From assembly GCA_041648735.1 (NCBI GenBank), contig JBAZOO010000010.1, positions 6,530 through 70,529 of the forward strand: a stretch of DNA of 64,000 bases, in the 5' to 3' direction. This DNA comes from Lentisphaeria bacterium (GTDB taxonomy: Bacteria > Verrucomicrobiota > Lentisphaeria > Oligosphaerales > CAITYL01). Below, piece by piece: positions 55,139 to 64,000 of the stretch (position 1 is its first letter; each line of letters starts with the position of its first letter). The notes beneath the pieces are model-generated. The model had not been told where the DNA came from. It searched no databases and saw nothing but the letters and a program-made list of their open reading frames with translations. Made by a program: the position numbers and the translations under genes.

Positions 55139-56452
55139 ATGGGCTTGACCCGACCGACACGCCAACCTCTGCTCCGGGCGGCGCTGGGCCTTTTCTTCGG
55201 CGCCGCCGCGGCGGCCGCCAGCGACAACGGCCGGCTGCGGCTGGAACTGCCCGAGAACCTCAGCGGCTTCTGGGAAGTCCGCGCCGGCGCCCGCACCCAG
55301 CCCGATCCGCACGCCACCGACCTGAGCCTCGCCGAAACCCGCCTGCAACTGCGCTACGAGGCGGAATTCGAGGCCGCCACCGTCAAGCTCGTGCCCGATT
55401 TCCTCTACGACGGCGTTGACGGCCAGCGCCGCCTCGACCTCGAAACCGGCCAGGGCTGGCTCGACCTGCGCGAGGCCAACGCCCTCTTCCGCCCCGGCGA
55501 CGCCCTCGACCTCAAGATCGGCCGCCAAATCCTGACCTGGGGCACCGGCGACCTGCTGTTCATCAACGACCTCTTCCCCAAGGACTGGAACGCCTTCTTC
55601 AGCGGCCGCGACCAGGAATACCTCAAGGCCCCCTCCGACGCCGTCAAGCTCTCCCTCTTCCACGACCTCGCCAACCTCGACCTCGTCTTCACCCCCTGCT
55701 TCGACCCCGACCGCTTCATTGACGGCCGCCGCATCTCCTACTGGAATGCCGCCCGCGACGACCGCGCCGGCGACGACGCCATCGTCGCGGCCGACCGCCC
55801 CAACCGCTGGTTCCGCGACTTCGAGCTGGCCGCCCGCCTCTACCGCAACCTCCACGGCTACGAACTGGCGCTCTACGGCTACCGCGGCTTCTGGAAAAGC
55901 CCCGCCGGCAGCGACCCAGCCACCGGCAACGCCACCTTCCCCGACCTCAACGTCCTCGGCGCCAGCGCCCGCGGCACCGTCGGCCGCGGCATCGGCCACG
56001 CCGAGATCGGCTGGTACGACTCCGCCAACGACCGCGCTGGCGACGACCCGTTGGTGCGCAACAGCGAACTCCGCCTGCTCCTCGGCTACGAGCAGGAACT
56101 CTGGCCCGACTTCACCGCCGGCGTCCAATACTACCTCGAATGGATGCAGCAGTACGGCGCCTACCGCGACGCGCTGCCGCCCGGCGCCCACGCCGCCGAC
56201 GAGTTCCGCCACGTCACCACCCTGCGCCTCACCCAGAGCCTGCTCCAGCAGAACCTCACCTGCTCCCTCTTCCTCTTCCTCTCCCCCAGCGACCACGACG
56301 CCTACCTCCGACCCAGCGTCAACTACAAGCTCACCGACACTTGGCAGGCCGAGGCCGGCGCCAACCTCTTCTTCGGCGAAGACCCCTGGAGCTTCTTCGG
56401 CCAGTTCGAACGCAACAACAACCTCTACGCCAGCCTCCGCGCCTCCTTCTGA
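55139..56452 (+). CDS. Outer-membrane beta-barrel protein (alginate-export / DUF1302-like porin candidate)
   Basis: The signal is MGLTRPTRQPLLRAALGLFFGAAAAAA. The sequence has an alternating beta-strand pattern. It contains IGRQILTWGTGDLLFINDLF, resembling the GRQ..WG motif of alginate-export-type barrels. The C-terminal YASLRASF ends in Phe, which is an OMP signature. Confidence 0.6.
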   Translation: MGLTRPTRQPLLRAALGLFFGAAAAAASDNGRLRLELPENLSGFWEVRAGARTQPDPHATDLSLAETRLQLRYEAEFEAATVKLVPDFLYDGVDGQRRLDLETGQGWLDLREANALFRPGDALDLKIGRQILTWGTGDLLFINDLFPKDWNAFFSGRDQEYLKAPSDAVKLSLFHDLANLDLVFTPCFDPDRFIDGRRISYWNAARDDRAGDDAIVAADRPNRWFRDFELAARLYRNLHGYELALYGYRGFWKSPAGSDPATGNATFPDLNVLGASARGTVGRGIGHAEIGWYDSANDRAGDDPLVRNSELRLLLGYEQELWPDFTAGVQYYLEWMQQYGAYRDALPPGAHAADEFRHVTTLRLTQSLLQQNLTCSLFLFLSPSDHDAYLRPSVNYKLTDTWQAEAGANLFFGEDPWSFFGQFERNNNLYASLRASF

Positions 56453-56567
56453 CCAAGCCCCGCCCGCGCCACCCGGCGGGAACCTGGCCGCCCTTTGCCG
56501 ACTCCAAACAGCAACACGCCACGCCGTCCCGCCGAGGCCCAACCGCAATCCGGAAAGGAACCCCACC

Positions 56568-56945
56568 ATGGCCGAGTTCATCAACCCCTTCACCGGCGTC
56601 ATCCCCGGCCGCAAGCTCAGCCACCGGGAGCTGGTCCGCGCCATCCGCGCCACCCTGGCCGCCGAACATGAGGCGGTCCACATGTACGAGGCGATCGCCG
56701 ACGCCACCGACAACCCCGTCGCCAAGGCCATTCTCCAAGACATCGCCAACGAGGAGAAGGTCCACGCCGGCGAGTTCATGCGCGTCCTGCAAATCCTGGC
56801 GGCCGACGAGGCCGGGTTCTACGCCGAAGGCGCCGCCGAAGTCGATGCCGAACTGGCCAAGGAGGGCATCCGCCCCGCGGCGGCGGCCGCCGCCGACGCC
56901 AGCACCCCGGCCGAACCGCCGGCCATCGGCGCCCTCAAGCCCTGA
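56568..56945 (+). CDS. Encapsulated ferritin (EncFtn) cargo protein with C-terminal encapsulin targeting peptide
   Basis: The start is MAEFINPFTG..LSHRELVRAIRATLAAEHEAVHMYEAIA...ILQDIANEEKVHAGEFMRVL, with two ExxH di-iron motifs. An Ala-rich linker leads to the terminal PPAIGALKP, resembling the TVGSLK-type targeting peptide. Only the last 125 codons of ORF 55719..56945 are real. Confidence 0.8.
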   Translation: MAEFINPFTGVIPGRKLSHRELVRAIRATLAAEHEAVHMYEAIADATDNPVAKAILQDIANEEKVHAGEFMRVLQILAADEAGFYAEGAAEVDAELAKEGIRPAAAAAADASTPAEPPAIGALKP

Positions 56946-56986
56946 ACCTCTCCCGCCCCCGCAACCCATCCCAAACGAGGCCAACC

Positions 56987-57790
56987 ATGAGCAAATTCCT
57001 GCACCGTGACGACGCCCCCTTCGCCGCCGCCATCTGGAACAAGATCGACGAAACCGTCGTCCAGGCGGCCAAAAGCCAGCTCGGCGCCCGCCGGCTCCTG
57101 GCGGTGGAAGGCCCCTTCGGCCTCGGCCTGAAAGCCCTCCCCGGCCCGGACCGGCCGGTCAGCGAGGCCAACGGCGTCCGCCTCCAGGCCCCCGGCCTGA
57201 CCCCCGTCGCCCAGCTCCAGGCCAGCTTCCGCCTCACCGCCCGCGACCTCGCCGCCTTCGAGGCCGACGGCGTCACCCTCGACCTCGGCCCCGCCGCCCA
57301 TGCCGCCCTCGCCCTGGCCCGCCAGGAGGACGAACTGCTCTTCACCGGCTGCAAGCCCCTCGGGCTGGAAGGGCTCGCCACCGCCAAAGGCACCCTCAGC
57401 CACAAGCTCCGCTCCTGGGACACCGTCGGCACCGCCGCCGAGGACATCATCCGCGCCATCACCGGCCTCGACGCCGCCGGCTTCCACGGCCCCTTCACCC
57501 TCGGCCTCTGCCCGGCCCTCTTCAACCAGCTCTTCCGCCAGACCCCGGCCAACGGCGGCACTGAACTCCAGCACCTCGCCCAGGCCGTGGCCGCCGGCAT
57601 CGTCAAGATCCCCGCCCTCGCCACCGGCGGCGTGCTGCTCAACGCCGGCGCCTGGGTCGCCGCCATCGTCCTCGGCCAAGACATCCAGGCCGGCTTCGTC
57701 GGCCCGGACGCCGGCGAGTATCACTTCACCATCAGCGAGAGCCTGGCCCTGCGCCTCACCGTGCCCAAGGCAATCTGCATCCTCAAGTGA
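56987..57790 (+). CDS. Family-1 encapsulin shell protein (HK97 fold, linocin M18-like)
   Basis: 267 aa. The start is MSKFLHRDDAPFAAAIWNKIDETVVQAAKSQLGARRLLAVEGPFGLG. The end is GEYHFTISESLALRLTVPKAICIL. Both the N-terminal and C-terminal patterns are typical of family-1 encapsulins. It lies directly downstream of the EncFtn gene. Confidence 0.85.
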   Translation: MSKFLHRDDAPFAAAIWNKIDETVVQAAKSQLGARRLLAVEGPFGLGLKALPGPDRPVSEANGVRLQAPGLTPVAQLQASFRLTARDLAAFEADGVTLDLGPAAHAALALARQEDELLFTGCKPLGLEGLATAKGTLSHKLRSWDTVGTAAEDIIRAITGLDAAGFHGPFTLGLCPALFNQLFRQTPANGGTELQHLAQAVAAGIVKIPALATGGVLLNAGAWVAAIVLGQDIQAGFVGPDAGEYHFTISESLALRLTVPKAICILK

Positions 57791-57873
57791 CCCCCCCCCG
57801 GCGCCGCCGGCCCGCCGGAACGGGCGCCGCGCCGGCTTGCCTCCGCCCCGCCGCCTTTTAGATTACGCCGATT

Positions 57874-59268
57874 ATGCAAAGCTCCCATGATGTGATCGTC
57901 ATCGGCAGCGGCCTGGGCGGGCTCACCGCCGCGCGCCGCCTGGCCACCGCCGGCCGCAAGGTCCTGCTCGTCGAACAGCACTCCCAGGCCGGCGGCCTGG
58001 CCACCTGGTTCAAGCGCAAGGGGCACACCTTCGACGTCGCCCTCCACGGCTTCCCGGTCGGCATGAGGAAATGCCTGCGCAAGTACTGGGGCAAGCCCTT
58101 CGCCGACCGCATCACCCAAGTCCGGTCCATCCGCTTCCACAACCCCCAGTACCGGCTGGAGTCGAGCTTCACCACCGCCGACTTCACCGCCAAGCTGACC
58201 GGCCACTTCCAGATCCCGGCGGCAACCGTCGAGGCCTTCTTCGCCGCCCTCGCGGCCATGAACTACTACGATCGCCGCCAGGAGAGCATCGCCGAATTCT
58301 TCAACCGCTTCTTCCCCGGCCGCACCGATGTCTGGCGCTTCCTCCTGGAACCGATCACCTACGCCAACGGCTCCACCCTCCAGGAGCCGGCCATCAGCTA
58401 CGGGATCGTCTTCAGCAATTTCATGAGCGAAGGGGTCTACACCTTCCTCGGCGGCACCGACCTGATGATCGGCATGATGCTCGACGAACTCCGCAAGGCC
58501 GGGGTCGCCGTCGAGTTCAACGCCCGCGCCGAAAAGATCGTCGTCGAAGGCGGCAAGGTCCGCGCCGTGGTCGTCAACGGCCGGGAGATCGGCTGCCGCG
58601 CCGTGATCTCCAACGGCAGCCTCTTCCGCACCATCCACGAATGGACGGGCGACGCCGCCTTCCAGCCCGAGTTCCTCGCCGGCCTCAGCCAAGTCCGCCT
58701 CAGCAGCAGCTCCTGCCAAGTCTACATCGGCATCAAGCCGGGCGAAAAATTCCCCTGGATCGGCGACTTGCTGTTCAACTCGACCTGGCCCGAGTTCGAC
58801 GCCGCCGCCCTGCTCAGCCGCACCATCACCAGCCGCACCTATTCGGTCTACTACCCCGAAATCCGCCCCGGCACCGACCGCTACAGCATCGTCGCCTCCA
58901 TGAACGCCCGCTACCAGGACTGGGCCGGCCTCGGCCCCGAGGAATACCGCCAGGCCAAGCAGGCGATGGTCGAGGAGACCCTCGACGCCCTCGCCGCCAC
59001 CTACATCCCCAACATCCGCGCCCTCGCCGACTGGACCGAGGCCGCCACGCCGCGCACCTTCCAGCGCTACACCGGCCACCTCGACGGCGCCACCTTCGGC
59101 ACCAAGTTCGAGGGGCTCAAGTACAGCATGGAACTGGGCAAGCAGGTCGGCGGCCTCTTCCACACCGGCTCCGTCGGCATCATCATGTCCGGCTGGCTCG
59201 GCGCCGCCAACTACGGCGTCATCACCGCCGCCGAGGCCGACAAATACCTGGCCACCGCCGCCGGCTGA
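57874..59268 (+). CDS. FAD-dependent oxidoreductase, phytoene-desaturase (CrtI/retinol-saturase-like) family
   Basis: The dinucleotide-binding N-terminus is DVIVIGSGLGGLTAARRLATAGRKVLLVEQHSQAGG. The protein is ~460 aa with amine-oxidase-like length. Confidence 0.75.
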   Translation: MQSSHDVIVIGSGLGGLTAARRLATAGRKVLLVEQHSQAGGLATWFKRKGHTFDVALHGFPVGMRKCLRKYWGKPFADRITQVRSIRFHNPQYRLESSFTTADFTAKLTGHFQIPAATVEAFFAALAAMNYYDRRQESIAEFFNRFFPGRTDVWRFLLEPITYANGSTLQEPAISYGIVFSNFMSEGVYTFLGGTDLMIGMMLDELRKAGVAVEFNARAEKIVVEGGKVRAVVVNGREIGCRAVISNGSLFRTIHEWTGDAAFQPEFLAGLSQVRLSSSSCQVYIGIKPGEKFPWIGDLLFNSTWPEFDAAALLSRTITSRTYSVYYPEIRPGTDRYSIVASMNARYQDWAGLGPEEYRQAKQAMVEETLDALAATYIPNIRALADWTEAATPRTFQRYTGHLDGATFGTKFEGLKYSMELGKQVGGLFHTGSVGIIMSGWLGAANYGVITAAEADKYLATAAG

Positions 59269-59394
59269 ACCGCCCTTCGCCCCGCCCGGGCACGGCACAA
59301 AAAAACCGCGGACTTCACATCCGCACCCCCTCCATGCCTTCAGTCTGCTCGTCCCGCCATTTTGTCGGTGCGAAGTCCGCAAGCCGGATTTTCA

Positions 59395-59568
59395 AAGGTG
59401 GGTTGCCGGACACTCGGCCTTCTGCGCTCAGGAACCCGTCCGGCAACTCGATGAAGGTGGGTTGCCGGACACTCGGCCTTCTGCGCTCAGGAACCCGTCC
59501 GGCAACCTTGATGAAGGTTGGTTGCCGGACTCTCGACCTTCTGCGCTCAGGAACCCGTCCGGCAACCT
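59395..59568. repeat. Three tandem ~59-60-bp units, each an 11-bp-stem hairpin (GGTTGCCGGAC ... GTCCGGCAACC)
   Basis: The units start near 59395, 59454 and 59514. Each reads aaggtgggttgccggacactcggccttctgcgctcaggaacccgtccggcaac. The array lies in the convergent intergenic region between 57874..59268 and hisD. Confidence 0.9.
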
Positions 59569-59608
59569 TCTCTACTTACTTATAGCATGGCCCCGCGGTT
59601 CCTGCAAG

Positions 59609-60886
59609 TCAGTCGAAGCGGACCGCGGCGGAGCGGCCGTGCGCGTCCAGCCCCTCCATGGCGGCGAAGAGCCGGATCCAAGGTGCCTCGCGGCGCAGGG
59701 CCTCCCGGCTGTATTCGACCACGCTCATGCGGCGGTAGAACTGCTCGACCGTCAGCCCGCTGAAGAAACGGCCAGCCCCCGCCGTCGGCAGGACGTGGCT
59801 CGGGCCGGCGACGAAATCGCCCGCCGGCTCCGGCGTCCACGGCCCCAAAAACAGCGCCCCCGCCGCCGTGATCCGCGCCGCCACCGCCCGCGGCTCGCGG
59901 GTCATGATCTCCAGATGTTCCGGCGCCAGCTCGCTGGCCAGCGCCGCCGCCGTTGCCAAGTCGGGGACGACCACCATGAAGACCCCCTTTTCCAGCACCC
60001 GCCGCACGCACTCGGCGCGCCCCAGGAGCCGCGTCTGCCGCTCCAGCTCGGCCTGCACCGCCGGCACCAGCCCGGCCTCGGTGGTGACCAGCCAGGCCTG
60101 CTCGCGGCCGGAGCCATGCTCGGCCTGGGAGAGCATGTCCGCCGCCACGAAGCGCGCCTCCGCCGTCCCGTCCGCCAGGATCAGGATTTCCGACGGCCCC
60201 GCCACCAGGTCCAGCGCCACCTCGCCATAGACCAGCCGTTTGGCGGCGGTGACGTAGGCATTGCCCGGCCCGACGACCTTCTCGACCTTGCGCACGCTGG
60301 CCGTGCCGTAGGCCAGGGCGCCGATGGCATAGACGCCGCCGAGCCGCAGCACCTCGGTCGCCCCCGCCAGTTGCGCGGCGTGGAGGATCGCCGGATGCGG
60401 GTTGCCCGGCGTGGTGACCACGATCTCCTTCACTCCCGCGGCCTTGGCCAAGGTCACGGTGTGCAACACGGTCGAAACCAGCGGCGCGGTGCCGCCCGGC
60501 ACGTAGCAGCCCACCCGGTCCAACGGCACGAAGCGCTCCCCCAGCCGCACCCCCTCCCGCGGCGAAAACTCCCAGCCGCTCCGAAGCTGCTGGCGCGCGA
60601 ACTCCGCAAGCTGGGCATGGGCGCCGGCAATGGCCTCCTTCTGCTCCGCGCTGAGCTTGGCCGCCGCGGCGGCGATCACCGCCGGCGGCACGGCGAACCC
60701 GCCCGGCGCCAGCTCGACCTGGTCGAACTGACGGGCCAGCTCGACCAGCGCCGCATCGCCGCGCGTCCGCACCGCGGCCAGGATCGCGGCGGCCGCCGCC
60801 TCCACCTCCGGATCGAACCGGGGCCGGGCCAGCAGCTCGCGGAAACGGGCAGCAAAGGTGGCGTCGGAATAGTTCAGGATTTCCAT
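59609..60886 (-). CDS. hisD: Histidinol dehydrogenase
   Basis: The ATG at 60886 gives MEILNYSDATFAARFRELL. The length and sequence are HisD-like (..VPGGTAPLVSTVLH.., ..QAEHG..). Confidence 0.9.
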   Translation of the reverse strand: MEILNYSDATFAARFRELLARPRFDPEVEAAAAAILAAVRTRGDAALVELARQFDQVELAPGGFAVPPAVIAAAAAKLSAEQKEAIAGAHAQLAEFARQQLRSGWEFSPREGVRLGERFVPLDRVGCYVPGGTAPLVSTVLHTVTLAKAAGVKEIVVTTPGNPHPAILHAAQLAGATEVLRLGGVYAIGALAYGTASVRKVEKVVGPGNAYVTAAKRLVYGEVALDLVAGPSEILILADGTAEARFVAADMLSQAEHGSGREQAWLVTTEAGLVPAVQAELERQTRLLGRAECVRRVLEKGVFMVVVPDLATAAALASELAPEHLEIMTREPRAVAARITAAGALFLGPWTPEPAGDFVAGPSHVLPTAGAGRFFSGLTVEQFYRRMSVVEYSREALRREAPWIRLFAAMEGLDAHGRSAAVRFD

Positions 60887-60941
60887 GGCGTGGTCCGGGG
60901 TTGGCGACGGCCGCCGCCGGAGCGGCGGCGGCGATTGGAAT

Positions 60942-61574
60942 TCAGGCGGTGGCGACCGCAAACCCGCCTTGGGCATCAGCCACGGCGCAGACGGCGGTCA
61001 CCGGCTTCTCGAAATCGGCGAACACGCCGCGGCCGAGGATCCAGGCGCAGGCCTCCGGCGCGGTGGCGGCGGCGAAGGCCGGCTCGACCTGGGCCTCGCC
61101 CGGCACGTCCAGCCCATAGGTGCAGACGTAGAAGGCCTGCCCCGGCTGGAGCTTGAACTCGCGCACCAGCAGCGCGTCCTTGCGCACGATCCCGAGCCAG
61201 CCATGGCTGCCGTCGGCGGTGACGATCCCGGTGATGCGCGGCGTGTCCAGGCTGTCATGCTCATAGTCCATGGCCAGCATCACCGTCGCCAGCGCGTCGC
61301 GCGGCCGCATCCCAGCCTCCAGCTTCTCCGCCACCGGATCGGTGTGCGACCCGTTGCTGACCACCGCGAAGGGGCCGCCGCGGCGATAGCAGTTGTAGGC
61401 GATGTAGGGGCTCTTGTGGATGTCGCCCTCGAACCCCGGCTTGGGCAGGATCGCCACCGCCTTCTCCAGCACGCGCGCCTCCCGGTTCGGGAAGGAGCGC
61501 GAGGAAACCCGGTACAACGCCGCGCCCCGCCCTTCCGGGGTCCGCCCCACCGCCACGATCCGTCCAACGTACAT
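60942..61574 (-). CDS. purO: PurO-type (archaeal-type) IMP cyclohydrolase-like protein
   Basis: The ATG at 61574 gives MYVGRIVAVGRTPEGRGAALYRVSSRSFPNREARV...YIAYNCY...NGSHTD. This matches the remembered N-terminal pattern of PurO (MY.GRI.A.G......A.YRVSSRSFPNR). It is ~210 aa. Confidence 0.7.
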   Translation of the reverse strand: MYVGRIVAVGRTPEGRGAALYRVSSRSFPNREARVLEKAVAILPKPGFEGDIHKSPYIAYNCYRRGGPFAVVSNGSHTDPVAEKLEAGMRPRDALATVMLAMDYEHDSLDTPRITGIVTADGSHGWLGIVRKDALLVREFKLQPGQAFYVCTYGLDVPGEAQVEPAFAAATAPEACAWILGRGVFADFEKPVTAVCAVADAQGGFAVATA

Positions 61575-61740
61575 GGCCTGATCCCTTTCCAATGAATGAA
61601 AACGCCTCTGCCGCCGGCCGCGGGCGCCGCGGCGGTGGATGGATAATGTATGCCCTGCCCGCCGGTTTGCGGCGGCTTTCCAAGCTTCAGTCCAAGAGTT
61701 CTCCAGCGGAATCCAAAGCGGAATCGGGATCGGGGAAGGC

Positions 61741-61836
61741 CTCATTTTGCCTGTCCCCAAGGCTCATTTTGCCTGTCCCCAAGGCTCATTTTGCCTGTCC
61801 CCAAGGCCATTTTGCCTGTCCCCAAGGCTCCCAAGG
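61741..61836. repeat. Tandem 22-bp repeat (ctcattttgcctgtccccaagg), 4 copies plus a partial one
   Basis: Read directly. It is followed by two copies of gcctggacggcaggtccccc (61839-61858 and 61873-61892). The core ttgcctgtcccc..aagg resembles the 30-bp core of the 112-bp element. It lies in the divergent purO-argG intergenic region. Confidence 0.9.
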
Positions 61837-62015
61837 CTGCCTGGACGGCAGGTCCCCCGCCCCGCGAGGAACGCCTGGACGGCAGGTCCCCCCCGGTTGA
61901 TTGCCCGGCCGGATTCGCGTGGTATGTTAGCGCGGTCATTTTCCTGCCAAAAGGCGACAGCGGCGGCCCGCCCGGCCGCCCCCGGCCCGGCAACCGAGCG
62001 AGGAGTGATTCCCCC

Positions 62016-63227
<1,212 letters not shown>

Positions 63228-63310
63228 CCGCCCAGTGCCGGTTGCGGACTCCGCACCCCACCCCGCCCCTTGCCACCTTGCCCACGCCTGACCAGCAGGA
63301 GGAACCGACC

Positions 63311-63916
63311 ATGACCCAGCAGCCGCCCGCCCTGGAGTTCGCCAACCGCTTCCAGCACACCAAGTACATGGTCCGCCGCAAACTCTTCACCCTGCTCGGG
63401 CGGAAGTTCCACGTCTACGACGAGGCCGGCAACCTCGCCTTCTACTCCTACATGAAGGCGTTCAAGCTGAAGGAGGACATCCGCCTCTACACCGGCGAGG
63501 ACATGCAGACGGAGCTGCTCCGGATCAAGGCGCGGCAGATCATTGACTTCTCGGCGGCCTATGACGTCGAGGACGCGGTGACCGGCGAGAAGGTCGGCGC
63601 CCTCCGCCGCCGGGGGCTGAAATCAATCCTGCGCGACGAATGGCTCATCCTCGACCCCGCCGACCGCGAGATCGGGCGGATCCGGGAAGACAGCATGGTC
63701 CTGGCGCTGGTCCGCCGCTTCCTCACCAACCTGGTGCCGCAGCACTACACGGCAACCCTTGGCGACACGCCGGCCGGCGACTACCGCCAGCACTTCAACC
63801 CCTTCATCCTCAAGCTGGACGTCGACTTCACCAAGGACGCCCAAGGCAAGCTCGACCGCCGCCTCGCCCTGGCCGCCGCCATCCTCCTCTGCGCCATCGA
63901 AGGCCGGCAGCAGTAA
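63311..63916 (+). CDS. LURP-one-related / Tubby-C-like (scramblase-like fold) family protein
   Basis: The ATG at 63311 follows aggagg. The sequence contains YMVRRKLFTLLGRKFHVYDEAGNLAFYSYMKAFKLKEDIRLY. This family assignment is from pattern memory. Confidence 0.55.
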   Translation: MTQQPPALEFANRFQHTKYMVRRKLFTLLGRKFHVYDEAGNLAFYSYMKAFKLKEDIRLYTGEDMQTELLRIKARQIIDFSAAYDVEDAVTGEKVGALRRRGLKSILRDEWLILDPADREIGRIREDSMVLALVRRFLTNLVPQHYTATLGDTPAGDYRQHFNPFILKLDVDFTKDAQGKLDRRLALAAAILLCAIEGRQQ

Positions 63917-63930
63917 ACTTGGCATCCCCC

Positions 63931-64000
63931 ATGCACCTGCAACTCCTCAAAGGCAAAATCCACCGGGCCCGGCTGACCGGCTGCGACCTCCACTACGAAG
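63931..64000 (+). CDS. panD: Aspartate 1-decarboxylase, N-terminal 23 codons (3' end outside the window)
   Basis: The translation MHLQLLKGKIHRARLTGCDLHYE parallels E. coli PanD [25 protein letters not shown]. Confidence 0.75.
   Translation, partial: MHLQLLKGKIHRARLTGCDLHYE

Noticed and set aside
55719-56945. A 408-aa ORF overlapping the outer-membrane protein gene.
   Set aside because: Only the last 125 codons (from ATG 56568) have a protein-like EncFtn sequence. The upstream part is Pro/Ala/Thr-rich out-of-frame translation of the OMP gene.
59395-59568. A possible CRISPR array (regularly spaced ~60-bp periodicity).
   Set aside because: The whole units are near-identical, so there are no unique spacers. 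There are only three units, no leader, and no cas genes in the window. It was classified as a tandem hairpin repeat.
61741-61836. A possible CRISPR or minisatellite-encoded peptide. ORFs 61592..61900 and 61639..62019 translate the repeats.
   Set aside because: The 22-bp units are directly adjacent with no spacers. The translated peptides are simple repeats (FACPQG / ILPVPKA) without a start context. It was treated as a non-coding tandem repeat.

Overview
This is a GC-rich bacterial chromosomal segment. It probably comes from the PVC superphylum (Verrucomicrobiota, Lentisphaerota, Kiritimatiellota or Planctomycetota). That placement is an inference from two DUF1559-type prepilin-like proteins, three PEP-CTERM proteins (one with autotransporter-associated beta-strand repeats) and many secreted glycoside hydrolases. 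I support about 45 protein-coding genes. I saw no rRNA, tRNA or CRISPR array.

Layout of the window:
- 1-3.9 kb: cell-wall genes (mreD-like, mrdA) and an orphan solute-binding protein.
- 3.9-6.5 kb: a decay zone holding an SNF2 helicase fragment, a deleted IS66 copy with recognisable GTAAGCGTCGC terminal inverted repeats, and a truncated small ORF.
- 6.5-11.5 kb: a visibly lower-GC island with a DUF1559 pseudopilin-like gene, a GH and a secreted beta-sandwich protein in one operon, plus two PEP-CTERM genes.
- 11.9-13.2 kb: a LacI regulator bracketed by ~74-bp inverted repeats.
- 13.3-17.1 kb: a translationally coupled Mla/MCE-type transporter operon (STAS-MlaE, MlaF, MlaD, lipoprotein).
- 17.3-19.3 kb: remnants of two DUF4143 AAA ATPase genes and a solo IS66 end.
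- 19.2-32 kb: a second lower-GC glycan locus. It runs DUF1559, large GH-CBM, sialate O-acetylesterase, QueG/RdhA-like Fe-S protein, Cys-rich U32-like protein, then a serine hydrolase and two more GHs with ISL3 remnants.
- 32.5-64 kb: mostly housekeeping genes (Mur-ligase paralog, bioA, hldC-like, Hpt, EEP, corA-like, cls, pal, mutT, miaB, hisD, purO-like, argG, panD). Two notable modules sit among them.

The two notable modules are:
- A padR gene followed by a thioester alpha-2-macroglobulin and pbpC. The N-terminus of the macroglobulin looks like a cytoplasmic DUF1700/HAAS-type helical module plus one TM helix, not a lipoprotein signal.
- A family-1 encapsulin with an EncFtn cargo, located behind a beta-barrel outer-membrane protein.

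Several short repeat families recur:
- a 112-bp element with a 30-bp core;
- a promoter module shared by two surface-protein genes;
- a 37-bp AT-rich repeat and ISL3 inverted-repeat-like sequences around the GH genes;
- three tandem ~60-bp hairpin units;
- four tandem 22-bp units.

The many long antisense or alternate-frame ORFs in the track are high-GC artefacts.
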